A stretch of DNA of 64,000 bases from an uncultured Rivularia sp. (GTDB taxonomy: Bacteria; Cyanobacteriota; Cyanobacteriia; Cyanobacteriales; Nostocaceae), in the NCBI GenBank assembly GCA_963665115.1, contig OY762007.1, positions 4,992,001-5,056,000 on the forward strand, read 5' to 3'. A program made the position numbers and the translations under genes. The notes below the pieces were generated by a model. The model made no database searches. It had not been told where the DNA came from and worked only from the letters and a program-made list of their open reading frames with translations. Every line of letters starts with the position of its first letter. Within the stretch, counting starts at the first letter, position 1. Positions 29,220 through 39,154 of the stretch are shown one piece after another.

Positions 29220-30860
29220 TTAAATCCAGTTCATCTCCTTAAGGATTTCTCCGACGTGTTTAACAAATCTTTCCCCCGTCATTTCAGGCAATTCGTGAAT
29301 CTTATCTAATTTCTTCATCAGTACATATTGCAAATCAGTAAACCTTTCACGCACTCCTTGGAAATCTGGATCTCTACTTGCCCAATCCCAAAGATTGCGA
29401 TCGCTATCTCTAAGTAAGGCGTAGACTAAGTACTGACGGGCTTTTTGCTTTGTTTGCTTATCACCGTTATTTTGGGCAGTAAAAATTGCATACCACGAAG
29501 CTAAGTTGTACAAAAATCGGGAACTTAAATCGGATTCTCCATTCCACTGTTTCTCTAATAGCTGTATTTCTTTTTGAGCTTCTTCGACGAGAATTTTATC
29601 TTTTGTTAGTAATTGCGCCATTGCTTTACCAACTTTAATCCTCCGTCTTACAGTTTCATCTTCACATCTAACTAGTGCTTTTTCGTATTGTAAAATCGCT
29701 TGTCGCTGAAGGTTTATTCTTCTATTTTCTTCAAATTCTCTTCCTTGAGTGCTGTAAGTATCGCCTAAATTTTCGTAAGGTTGATACCAGTTAGGATCGA
29801 ATTCTACCGCTGCTTGCAAATCTTCAATCGCTAGTTGATAAAAAAAGCTGCCATGAGTTGGAGCGCTGGCATAATTAATTACACCGAAAAAGTTATGTAT
29901 TTGCGATTGATATCTTTTACACCAATTGCCTAAATAATACCAAGGCACATTAGCTAGCATTTCTCGTTTTGAAAGCTCCACCGCTAACCACCGAGTAGCA
30001 GGTTTTAATAACAACCTAAAACGGTCTTTTAATTCGGGATATGTTTCAATAATCGGTAACTCAAATTCTTCATCAGTTACCGTTTTAGATGCCGTTTTTG
30101 CTACTGTTTTAATTACCGTATCAGTTACACTTTCTGTTTTATTTTCTTCCCAAATAGTGTAAAGCTTTGAAGCACCATGACCTTGAATATTTGTAACTTC
30201 AAAAGTTATTCCCAGTCTGTTGTAATCTTCACCTTGGCTTTGCAAGATACTAGTTACTTTAGTTCCATAAGGTGGAAATATAATTTTGAGCAGGCTTACC
30301 AAAGGATCGATTTCATCCGGTGTAAACTCGTTTAGCGAAGCGACTAAATTAGAAAGTCTTTCATCCGGAGTTGTTTGAGGTAGAGGTAACTTGTCTGGAC
30401 GACGATAAGTTCGCAGCCCATTACTATTAATATGTTCTTTGAGACGTTGGTGAACTCCCTTCATTTCTCGCACCAATCTTTCCCGTCCCAACTGACTCAA
30501 ACCTGGTAAAACAAACTCCATACCTTCCGCACCAGAAGCATTAGCAAAATTATCAATAATTAGTTGGGATGAACGGGAAGTAACTAATATTATAATTCGC
30601 TGGATGACGGCAATACTCAGTAAGATAATTACCAATTTTGCCAGAAAAAAAACTATCCTGTTAAAGCTTTTATCTACTCTATCCAGATTTGCCAGCACTT
30701 CTTCCACAGAAGACTTTGGTTTTTTTGATTGTTCTAACTCCGATGCAGCAACAACGATCGGTGTCTCAGTTCTTTTAGAATTAGATATCGGTGCTTCAGA
30801 ACACCCCGAACCAAAACTTATCGCTACAAAAGTAAATACTAATACAAGCCTTTTTTTCAC
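29220..30860 (-). CDS. Membrane-anchored TPR-containing protein (possible lipoprotein signal)
   Basis: Signal ending SGC; helix IVFFLAKLVIILLSIAVI; TPR-like AIEDLQAAVEFDPNWYQPYENLGDTY, YNLASWYA, WASRDPDF. Confidence 0.7.
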   Translation of the reverse strand: MKKRLVLVFTFVAISFGSGCSEAPISNSKRTETPIVVAASELEQSKKPKSSVEEVLANLDRVDKSFNRIVFFLAKLVIILLSIAVIQRIIILVTSRSSQLIIDNFANASGAEGMEFVLPGLSQLGRERLVREMKGVHQRLKEHINSNGLRTYRRPDKLPLPQTTPDERLSNLVASLNEFTPDEIDPLVSLLKIIFPPYGTKVTSILQSQGEDYNRLGITFEVTNIQGHGASKLYTIWEENKTESVTDTVIKTVAKTASKTVTDEEFELPIIETYPELKDRFRLLLKPATRWLAVELSKREMLANVPWYYLGNWCKRYQSQIHNFFGVINYASAPTHGSFFYQLAIEDLQAAVEFDPNWYQPYENLGDTYSTQGREFEENRRINLQRQAILQYEKALVRCEDETVRRRIKVGKAMAQLLTKDKILVEEAQKEIQLLEKQWNGESDLSSRFLYNLASWYAIFTAQNNGDKQTKQKARQYLVYALLRDSDRNLWDWASRDPDFQGVRERFTDLQYVLMKKLDKIHELPEMTGERFVKHVGEILKEMNWI

Positions 30861-30964
30861 AACCGCTGCAATTGAATGGTTTTTGTGACAGCAGATATTA
30901 TCCGCGTATCATAAATTACGTATTCTTAACACGGATTTTTTTAATTGGCAACAATTTTCAGCGA

Positions 30965-31076
30965 ACAGTTAGCAGTTATCAATTATCAATTACCAATGCC
31001 CCATGCCCCATGCCCAATTCCCAACTCCTAACTCCTAACTCCTAACTCCTAACTGCTCACTCCTAACTCCTAACTG
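30965..31076. repeat. Heptamer STRR arrays (CAATTAT/C, TGCCCCA, CTAACTC)
   Basis: Tandem 7-mers; these include the stop codon of the adjacent gene. Confidence 0.85.
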
Positions 31077-31891
31077 AAAACTGAATCCTCGGATCTGGCA
31101 TAAAGCGGTATCTGAGGAAAATTCCCAATCCAACAAATAGAACAATTAACAAAGTTCCAATTCCCATCGGGCTGGGAAGCCAGAAAACCGCTTCAATGTG
31201 ATTTAGCTGTCCCTGGTTTGAGTTTCCATGAAAGCTGCTTATTATTTTCCAATGGTTCGATAGAATCTTCAGTTTGTTCAATGCTCGATGCACCCCAAGG
31301 AGTGTTCAAACTGAATTCTAAATCAATAATTGAACCAGTGTTAGTTAAAGCGTTACCTTTACTGGAAATTAAACCCAAAGAACGCAAGTCTAGATCGTAA
31401 ATTAACTGGTTGCGTACTAACAGTAAAAAATTACTCTGTTTTAAAAGTAAGTTTGAATCAATTTTCGGTAGTTCGGATTCCGATTCCGCTTTCTTAGAGC
31501 GCGATTTAGGATCATTTCTTGAATTAAAAAATGTGTTGTATTTTCTTTCTAGTTCCCTACCATTACTGAAAGGAATAGTTACAATTACTTCTTCTTGGGA
31601 AATTCTTTTTGCTTTTCCATCTAGTTCGCGGGCGCGTCTTTCAATGCTATCCAACCATTCATAAACGGCATCGCCACTAAAACTAGTAAGTTTGTCTCCT
31701 AATGTAATATGCTGTACGAATTTACCGTAATCAGCATTGTTTAAATTTATTCCTAAATCGTAATCTACACACCCAGAAAGTAACAGCGATGCTAACAGTA
31801 AAATGCATAGAAGCCGCATTCGTTTAAAAAGGCTTTTAATTAATCGCATCGCGCTACGAGAAGAATTCCTTTTATAGCTAAATCGTGACAT
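31063..31891 (-). CDS. DUF3153-like lipoprotein with C-terminal membrane helix, split by a +1 frameshift at 31211-31213
   Basis: LLSGCV lipobox; removing one base restores W.LKPGQLNHIEAVFWLPSPMGIG. Confidence 0.75.
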
Positions 31892-31955
31892 AATTACAAA
31901 ATTTAATCGATTTACAGATTTTGTTATTTTTAGTGGCACTATAGCGGGTAATTGT

Positions 31956-32474
31956 TTAGAAACTTAACCAAAATAAGCTACCCAAAGTTACCGCAATAAC
32001 AAATAATGCCAGCCAGATAAAGCGATTGTCTTGAGTATTAACCTGAGTAAGATCAATAAATTCCATTTCCTCAACTTCTTTAACTGTGGAAGATTTTTTA
32101 AGAGACGCAGCCGAACGAATTTTACTTTTATCGGATAATGTTCCTAAATCGGGTATTTCAGTCATCCACTCCTTGGGACGTTCCAATTTAGGTGCTTTAA
32201 AGATATATTGCAATCGCTTGGCATCTTTACTAGTCTCTGGGTAAGGATGACGCTTAAGCAGTTCGCAAAGCTCTATGGCTTCTTGATTTTGTCCGGCTGC
32301 TTCATAAGCTGTTGCCAACCATATTTGCACCTCACCACCAAGACGACTATTGCGCTCCAATAAAGCACAAGCCTTGTTCAACTCCTCAACAGCTTGGCGA
32401 TATTTACCATTTTCAAAAGCAGCTTTACCATTACGGTAGCGCTGTCTAGCAATTTCTAAACTTTCGGAACTCAC
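31956..32474 (-). CDS. TPR protein with C-terminal membrane anchor
   Basis: GKAAFENGKYRQAV, GGEVQIWLATAYEAAG, AP.L.RP.EW. Confidence 0.85.
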   Translation of the reverse strand: MSSESLEIARQRYRNGKAAFENGKYRQAVEELNKACALLERNSRLGGEVQIWLATAYEAAGQNQEAIELCELLKRHPYPETSKDAKRLQYIFKAPKLERPKEWMTEIPDLGTLSDKSKIRSAASLKKSSTVKEVEEMEFIDLTQVNTQDNRFIWLALFVIAVTLGSLFWLSF

Positions 32475-32650
32475 GTTGAAAAATATAAATAACCATCAGC
32501 TTTTATTCTGCCGTTTTTATGCAACTTTTTGAGAATATTTTGTGAAGCTAGGTATTTTCTTTGAGAAAAACTCTAAAATCTATCTAAAATATAAATATTA
32601 GGTAGATTCACCGATCATCTAGCTCTCCGTGGCTAGTTAGGAAAGATATT

Positions 32651-33052
32651 ATGTTTAAAAATACAAATTTGCAACCGTATTTATTGGGTTTTGGAGCCGC
32701 GGCTTTAATAGGTGCTGTAGCTGCGCCAGCCTCCGCTCAGTCTGTAATCATTATCAATAACAACACTCCCTACTACGGAAGAAACCATAATCCGACTGTA
32801 GGTAATTTTATTTATGGTAGTCCAATTCCCACACCAGTACCTGTAAATCCCGTAACGGGACATATACCTACACGAAGTTATTTTTCTAAACCTCAAAGAT
32901 CGAGAACAATTTACAACTCTACAGTTATTAATCCAGTTTTAGTTAACCCGACAATTATCAAAAGTCCCCGAAATCGAAGACGTTATCGCAATTCGCGACG
33001 AAGAGGTTATCGTCAACCAGCTTCGAGGATTTTAATCAATTCGCCTTGGTAA
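32651..33052 (+). CDS. Hypothetical secreted protein
   Basis: Signal peptide ending APASA|Q; YGSPIPTP motif; Arg-rich tail. Confidence 0.75.
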   Translation: MFKNTNLQPYLLGFGAAALIGAVAAPASAQSVIIINNNTPYYGRNHNPTVGNFIYGSPIPTPVPVNPVTGHIPTRSYFSKPQRSRTIYNSTVINPVLVNPTIIKSPRNRRRYRNSRRRGYRQPASRILINSPW

Positions 33053-33172
33053 TGTTGGGTTACGACACGATTAATATAGATTCTTATCAAAAGTTCAAGT
33101 TGATCTATGTCCTCCGGACACGCTGAGCCGCACGCTCCGCGTGAACGCTAACGTGTCTAACCCAACTTACAA
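33052..33172. repeat. REP-like inverted element (GTTGGGTTA...TAACCCAAC) with a small nested repeat
   Basis: Same termini recur at 34519-34593. Confidence 0.6.
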
Positions 33173-33190
33173 AACCCCAATTTCAATACT

Positions 33191-34084
33191 TTATCTAAAC
33201 TGAGAGCCAAGAATCATTGTCCCGATACCACCATCGGTAAATATTTCTAGCAAAAGAGCATGGGGAATGCGACCATCAATGATATGCGCTGCACGTACTC
33301 CCTGAGCCAACGAACGCACGCAACAGGTTACTTTGGGTATCATCCCTCCGGCAACAATACCTTTTGAAATCAAGCTGCGAGCTTCTGAAATGTCTACTTT
33401 TGCAATTAAAGTAGAAGGATCTTTATAATTTTCTAAAATACCCCGCGTATCGGTAAGCAGAATTAACTTTTCTGCACCTAATGCAGCAGCAATCTCTCCA
33501 GCTACTGTATCGGCATTAATGTTATAAGCTTGTCCAGTATCATCCGCAGCGACGCTAGAAACTACCGGAATATAACCACTTTCTACCAAAGTTCCTAAAA
33601 TTTCGGTATTTACAGAACTTACTTCTCCTACAAAACCAATATCATCTTGACCTTGGTGACGAGCTGTAATTAAGTTACCATCCTTACCGCACAAACCCAC
33701 TGCTTTTCCACCGGCTTGGTTGATTTTGGCAACTATTTCTTTATTAACACGACCTACCAATACCATTTCTACCACATCCATCGTCGGAGCATCGGTCACG
33801 CGCAAACCATCTTTAAACTGCGGTTCAATTCCTATTTTATTAAGCCAAGTATTGATTTCTGGCCCACCACCATGCACTAAAATCGGTCGCAAGCCTACGC
33901 AGGATAAGAAAACAACATCGCGGATCACTTTATCTTTGAGGCTGCTATCCTTCATCGCAGCACCCCCATATTTTACTACTACGGTTCTACCAGCAAATTG
34001 TTGTATGTAAGGTAGTGCTTCACTTAACACCTTTACCCGAGTAGCCGCATCCTGGTGAATATATTCAGTATCGTTAACCATCAT
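33191..34084 (-). CDS. argB: Acetylglutamate kinase
   Basis: [30 protein letters not shown]. Confidence 0.98.
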   Translation of the reverse strand: MMVNDTEYIHQDAATRVKVLSEALPYIQQFAGRTVVVKYGGAAMKDSSLKDKVIRDVVFLSCVGLRPILVHGGGPEINTWLNKIGIEPQFKDGLRVTDAPTMDVVEMVLVGRVNKEIVAKINQAGGKAVGLCGKDGNLITARHQGQDDIGFVGEVSSVNTEILGTLVESGYIPVVSSVAADDTGQAYNINADTVAGEIAAALGAEKLILLTDTRGILENYKDPSTLIAKVDISEARSLISKGIVAGGMIPKVTCCVRSLAQGVRAAHIIDGRIPHALLLEIFTDGGIGTMILGSQFR

Positions 34085-34637
34085 AAGCAACATTTTATTG
34101 TCAAATGCGAATCATGATAGTTTAAAAGAATTTGGTGTTGCTCTACAATAGCTACCTCTAAATGTTTTTCTTCTTACCAACAAGCAGCTAAAATTGCTGG
34201 GTGAGGGGGAGAGGGGGAAGAGGAGGGAGAAAAAAACTTTCTGCTTGTACGATACAACATCCCGCAAAGTTGACTTGCCAAAATACTAGTACTCCACCAC
34301 ATAAGTTTTGTGGCGTTTCGGGAGTGCGAGCAAGATGCTCGCTGTTTGTAACGAGGGAGTGTCTCACTTCCTGGTGGTAACGAGCGAGCTAGAAGCTCGC
34401 ACTCCGAATCCCGAATCATGAGGCGAGTACGGCGCTACTACAAACCCAATATTACCATTAGGAATAAATCAATATTATTTTTGCCTTTTCCATAAATATT
34501 ACAAAATACCGATGATGCAATGTTGGGTTACGGCGATCGCCATTAATTACTTATGAAAAACCATACCTCTTAGTCTGCCTAACCCAACCTACTCCCTACT
34601 TTCTACTTTCTACTTTCTACTCCCCACTCCCTACTCC

Positions 34638-35213
34638 CTACTCCCTACTCCCTTTATTATTTTTTAAAACGCTGGGAATCTGTGCAAGTACTCGGTTGGC
34701 AATTTCTTCGGGGGTTTCCCTTTCTTGAAGAGTTATTCGTAAATCGGCTAAAGCATAAAGTGATTCTCGTTCTTTTGAAATATTTGTTAATTTCAATAAA
34801 GGATTACTATCTTGTAATAACGGTCTTGTAGTATCTTCTTTTAAACGGTTATATAATAACTCCGGTGAAGCATCCAACCAGACAATTAAACCGTGATGCA
34901 GGTAGCTCCAGTTTTTCCGCTTCAATATAATCCCGCCGCCAGTCGCTACGGTTAACTTTGTATAAGCGCTAACTTGGGAGAGAACATCGCTTTCTAATTG
35001 GCGAAATTCAGTTTCTCCCTCTTGAGCAAATATTTGATTGATACTTTTTTTCGCAGATGCAGTGATGACTTCATCGGTATCTACAAACCCATATCCAAGT
35101 TCGCTTGCTAGTAAACGTCCGACAGTAGTTTTACCAACACCCATCATGCCGATTAAGTAGAGGTTAATCCCTTGTAATAAGTTGTTCACGCTCTTGTAAG
35201 TCTTCTTGTTCAA
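34638..35213 (-). CDS. aroK: Shikimate kinase (start codon uncertain)
   Basis: LIGMMGVGKTTVG, GE..FR.LE, VATGGG, RPLL. Confidence 0.95.
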   Translation of the reverse strand: MNKKTYKSVNNLLQGINLYLIGMMGVGKTTVGRLLASELGYGFVDTDEVITASAKKSINQIFAQEGETEFRQLESDVLSQVSAYTKLTVATGGGIILKRKNWSYLHHGLIVWLDASPELLYNRLKEDTTRPLLQDSNPLLKLTNISKERESLYALADLRITLQERETPEEIANRVLAQIPSVLKNNKGSRE

Positions 35214-35227
35214 CTTATTACTCTACT

Positions 35228-36835
35228 TTAAAGTTCGGCATTTAAACGATTGACTTTCAGATGGTTTTTCAATTGCTTCTCAAAAATTGTATGAGCAAAC
35301 AATAGCGAACTCGCTTCATCTTGGCTAAATTTCAAATTATCTTCAATCAGCTTTTCAATCAAATATTCCCGTAACACCGGGGTTAGCGAAAAGCTAGATG
35401 CAATTCGATCGATTAGCGATCGCCTTTGCAATAATTCTACGGCTTCAAGGGTTAATCGCTGTGACACTCTCAATATCAGTTCTTTTTGCAATTTCTGCAA
35501 ATCAAAATCATCATTTAGAGCTAGCAAGTACATAATTTGCTTTTCTAAAACAGATAAGCGGTTAAATTGCTCGTCTAATAAAGCGCGAATATCTCCAAAG
35601 ACGAATGTCTCCTGTTGCAAAAATTCTTCTATATTTCCAGCAAACAATTCCACAATAGCGGTAGCAACTAATTTGATAAATAAAGGATTTCCTGCGTACC
35701 GCTGCATTATTTGTTCGGATTCTTCTTCTTTTAAGTCCGCAAATCCTTTGGATTCTAATATAGATGAGGTTTCTAGCTTGTTTAATCCCGTTAGTTTTAG
35801 AGAGCGAACGGGTAAATTTTCTCCTTCGAGAGCAGCAATTTCTTGGGGTTTATCTCTACTCGTTAACAGCAAACAACTTTGATGTTGAGACTCTCCCAAG
35901 CGTCGGATAAATTCTCCAAAGGCTTCATAACCGGGAAGATATTGAAAGATCGGTACATCTATATTTGAATTACCAATTATAGTGTTATTGCTTGATAATA
36001 CCCCCGAATAGTCTTCAGTATTTACGTTAGAAAAGCTGTATAAAATTGAGTCTAAGTGGTCTAAAACGATTAAAGTTCGAGAAGAGCGCAAACAACTTAC
36101 CAGTTGTGAAATACTTACAGAAATGCTTTGTCCTTTTGTCAGGGTTTGTGGGGATAAAACTTCTAAAAGTTGCTCAAAAAGAACCTGTGGAGATAAAGCA
36201 AAACGTAAAGAACGCCAGATAATAAAATCGAAATTATCTTTAACTTGTTCTGCTAACTTTACTGAAAAAGTCGTTTTACCAATCCCACCCATGCCTAAAA
36301 GTACTACCAAACGTACTTGCTCTTGCAAAATCCATTGTTTTACTTGAGTTAACTCGTTTGTTCTTCCATAAAAAATGCTTGCATCTATAGCTTCTCCCCA
36401 ATCTTGCATGGAAATAGCTTTGATATTGGCAATTTCCGCTGCTTTATCTCTAGCAGAAGTTGTATTATGAGTCGATGCTTCAATTTGCACACAGGCTTTT
36501 TTGTAACCTGCTTTTTCCAGTAATTGAGTTACGCGACTCCAGTTTTTCACCTTAACAGAGTCCGAGGCTTGCTTACTCAACATTTCTTCTATATATTTAT
36601 ATAATCCATTAGAAAGATAAACCCTAACGGTGCTGCTACTACGAGTTTTATAAACCTTGCTTGCAATTTCCGCCGGACTAAAACCGCATAACAAACCTCG
36701 GAGAAACTTTTTTTCTACAGGTGTTAAAGCTTTTCCTTTCGCGGATGCTAAATCAATGTATAACTTTTCTAAGTTCCAATTGTTTTTAGCTTCAATAAAT
36801 TCCTCTTCTATCTTCTGACGACTACTTATACTCAT
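35228..36835 (-). CDS. HTH + NB-ARC/NACHT STAND ATPase with no C-terminal repeat domain
   Basis: DWGEA.D...FYGR..EL, GMGGIGKT, LIVLDH, LLLTSR, GNPL. Confidence 0.88.
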   Translation of the reverse strand: MSISSRQKIEEEFIEAKNNWNLEKLYIDLASAKGKALTPVEKKFLRGLLCGFSPAEIASKVYKTRSSSTVRVYLSNGLYKYIEEMLSKQASDSVKVKNWSRVTQLLEKAGYKKACVQIEASTHNTTSARDKAAEIANIKAISMQDWGEAIDASIFYGRTNELTQVKQWILQEQVRLVVLLGMGGIGKTTFSVKLAEQVKDNFDFIIWRSLRFALSPQVLFEQLLEVLSPQTLTKGQSISVSISQLVSCLRSSRTLIVLDHLDSILYSFSNVNTEDYSGVLSSNNTIIGNSNIDVPIFQYLPGYEAFGEFIRRLGESQHQSCLLLTSRDKPQEIAALEGENLPVRSLKLTGLNKLETSSILESKGFADLKEEESEQIMQRYAGNPLFIKLVATAIVELFAGNIEEFLQQETFVFGDIRALLDEQFNRLSVLEKQIMYLLALNDDFDLQKLQKELILRVSQRLTLEAVELLQRRSLIDRIASSFSLTPVLREYLIEKLIEDNLKFSQDEASSLLFAHTIFEKQLKNHLKVNRLNAEL

Positions 36836-37320
36836 TATTTTTACTGATTTATTTAAACTCGAATACGGTTTATCTTAACCAGTTTCTAGGTATTTTTATT
36901 TAAAGCAAGAATAAATAAGAATAAATTTATAACGAATTCAATAACAGTCGTTAGGTGACTTCTTAGTATTAACTTCGGTATCTTTGAACTTAACGGAAAC
37001 TTAATAAAAATTCTTTGAAACTTTATTCAATTGATATAAGTCAATAATGCAGGGTCTACTAAAGCAGGTTAAAGAGTAGTAATTTACTCAAAAATCGTGC
37101 TTTGTGTTATACCACACATTCTGCTTAAATATTCAGATTGGTAGTAATTAGTTACGTAGATTTAACGATTAGCATTTTATGGTGTTTTTAATGAGAAGAA
37201 TTTTCTATTGTCTCAGAAGAATGGTTCTATTTATGCCAATATTCGCAAAATCTTTAACGGGTGCATATTTTATCTAAGAAAGCTCGAACAAATAAATGTA
37301 GTAGAGCAGAGGTTTAAACA

Positions 37321-37515
37321 ATGACTAGAATCCGTGATGTAGTTCAGACAGCTTTAACAACTGGTTATTTAAGTGTAGAGGCAGAAAATCAGCTGCGTCG
37401 ATTGTTAACAACCCGTTATGACTGGGAAGATTTTAGCGCTTTCGTGGTTCTCCAAGAAGCAGCCATGAATGGTAGAGTCAAGCAAGAATCCCGCGAACGT
37501 TGTGGGATTCAGTAG
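37321..37515 (+). CDS. Small conserved cyanobacterial hypothetical protein
   Basis: IRDVVQ.AL.TGYLSVEAENQLR.LL...LQEAAM.GRVKQESRE; GAGG RBS. Confidence 0.8.
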   Translation: MTRIRDVVQTALTTGYLSVEAENQLRRLLTTRYDWEDFSAFVVLQEAAMNGRVKQESRERCGIQ

Positions 37516-37555
37516 AATCAAGCGACATTTGATCAAAGTATTTACGATTTATTTA

Positions 37556-38314
37556 TTAACGCGGCGGTTTCTCTTCTGAAAAATCCTCTAAAAAATCCCA
37601 ATCGTCACCATTTTCTTTATCCTCCTTATTGTGCAAATCTTCTAAGGAGTCTGAAGTTGCTGGTTGACTCACAGGAGGTACAATCACGCGATAATCTGCA
37701 TCGTATATTGATTCTGTTTTTCCAACCCTAGAATCCTTTAAATCGTTTTTGTCATACGAGTAAGAATCGGCAGCGGAGTCATAATCATTTACTGAGTCTG
37801 GAAAGTCCTCGTAATCCCTGTCATCTTGGATTTTTGTATAGCTAGAACGAGAATCAGCTCTAATATATTCTTTTTCTTCTAAATATTCTTTTTCTTCTAA
37901 ATCCCAATCATCATTAGCTTTTCTATCTAAATCCCAATCATCATCATAATTATCGTCATCATCTGATGGCTGTGGTGATGGTGGGGGAGTAGATATTCTT
38001 TGTTTGAATTCTTTTTCCTGGGGAGCTTTTTCCCTTGGAGTTCGTTTGTTAGTGCGGGGTGAATTCAATGGCTCATATGATGACGTTTGACGCTGTTGTG
38101 TAACACCACGGCTTGATAATCGAACCAAGCTGCTAATTAATAAAGAAGTGAACGCACCAGCAGCAGTACTTAACAACATCCATATAGCCAAAGAAAGCGG
38201 TTGGGTTCGCAAGCCCAAAAAGACTAAGGGTATTGCAGGGGACCAATTTTGTGCTAGCAATAGCATTAGTCCTCCCAGCACTACAACCAAGAGAATTAAG
38301 CGAATTACAGTCAT
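37556..38314 (-). CDS. LapA-like membrane protein with acidic disordered tail (DDDW repeats)
   Basis: LL.QNWSP...LVFLG...L..W; YDADYRVI.PP. Confidence 0.7.
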   Translation of the reverse strand: MTVIRLILLVVVLGGLMLLLAQNWSPAIPLVFLGLRTQPLSLAIWMLLSTAAGAFTSLLISSLVRLSSRGVTQQRQTSSYEPLNSPRTNKRTPREKAPQEKEFKQRISTPPPSPQPSDDDDNYDDDWDLDRKANDDWDLEEKEYLEEKEYIRADSRSSYTKIQDDRDYEDFPDSVNDYDSAADSYSYDKNDLKDSRVGKTESIYDADYRVIVPPVSQPATSDSLEDLHNKEDKENGDDWDFLEDFSEEKPPR

Positions 38315-38414
38315 AGGAATTAAAAGAAGTATGGAAAAAGCATCAAGGATAAAGAATAAATATTTATTATTACTTTAATTAAACGTTACCTCATACTTTA
38401 CAATCAATTATCTC

Positions 38415-39033
38415 TCAACGACCTTCCCAGCGTTTAATAGGAACACAATCAATATCAAGTTGATCTAAACTCCGAGCTACAACAAAATCAACTAAATCCT
38501 CTACAGTTTGGGGATTGTGATACCAAGCAGGAATTGCAGGAACTATTCTGGCTCCTGCTTCGGCTAAACTGACCAAATTACGCAAATGAATCAAACTCAA
38601 AGGAGTTTCGCGGGGCACAACAATCAGCTTTCGTCCTTCTTTAAGTTGAACGTCGGCAGCCCTTTCCAATAGATCGGAACTTAAACCACCAGCTAACTTA
38701 GCTACAGTACTCATACTGCAAGGCATAATTATCATCCCCAAAGTACGAAAAGAACCGCTAGCAATGTTAGCTCCCACATCAGCCCAAGGATGACAGTGCA
38801 GTTTACCACTCGACTTAACTCCGGCTTGCTCTCGCCAAAATTGTTCTTGCGCCTTGGGTTTCCGCTGGCATAGGGGTACTGTTTTCGGATTGCCAAACCA
38901 TAAAGCTGGATTTAGATGCTACTAATTCGATAGCATATTCCGCTTCCAACAAAAATTTAAGAGCGCGAACGGCATAAATAAGACCTGATGCACCTGAGAC
39001 ACCTAAGATTAATGGTTTAGCGTTATTGGACAC
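38415..39033 (-). CDS. ubiX: Flavin prenyltransferase, split by a +1 frameshift at 38859-38861
   Basis: LGVSGASG..Y, IASGSF, PCSMSTVAK, RAADVQLKEGRKL.VVPRETP; removing one base gives AEPKAQEQFWREQAG. Confidence 0.92.
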
Positions 39034-39123
39034 TTGTTTGCGAAAGTAATGGGAGAGGGGAGAGGGGGAGAGGGGGAGATGGGGAGACAAGGAGAAATAA
39101 TTCCTAACTCCTAACTCCTAACT

Positions 39124-39152
39124 ATAGAGACGTAGCAATGCTACGTCTCTAC
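39124..39152. repeat. REP-like palindrome
   Basis: TAGAGACGTAGCAATGCTACGTCTCTA, same family as 11981 and 12240. Confidence 0.8.
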
Positions 39153-39154
39153 AC

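Noticed and set aside
38815..39090. N-terminal extension MSPHLPLSPSPLSH on UbiX
   Set aside because: Derived from upstream low-complexity repeat; GTG at 39033 gives a normal-length UbiX
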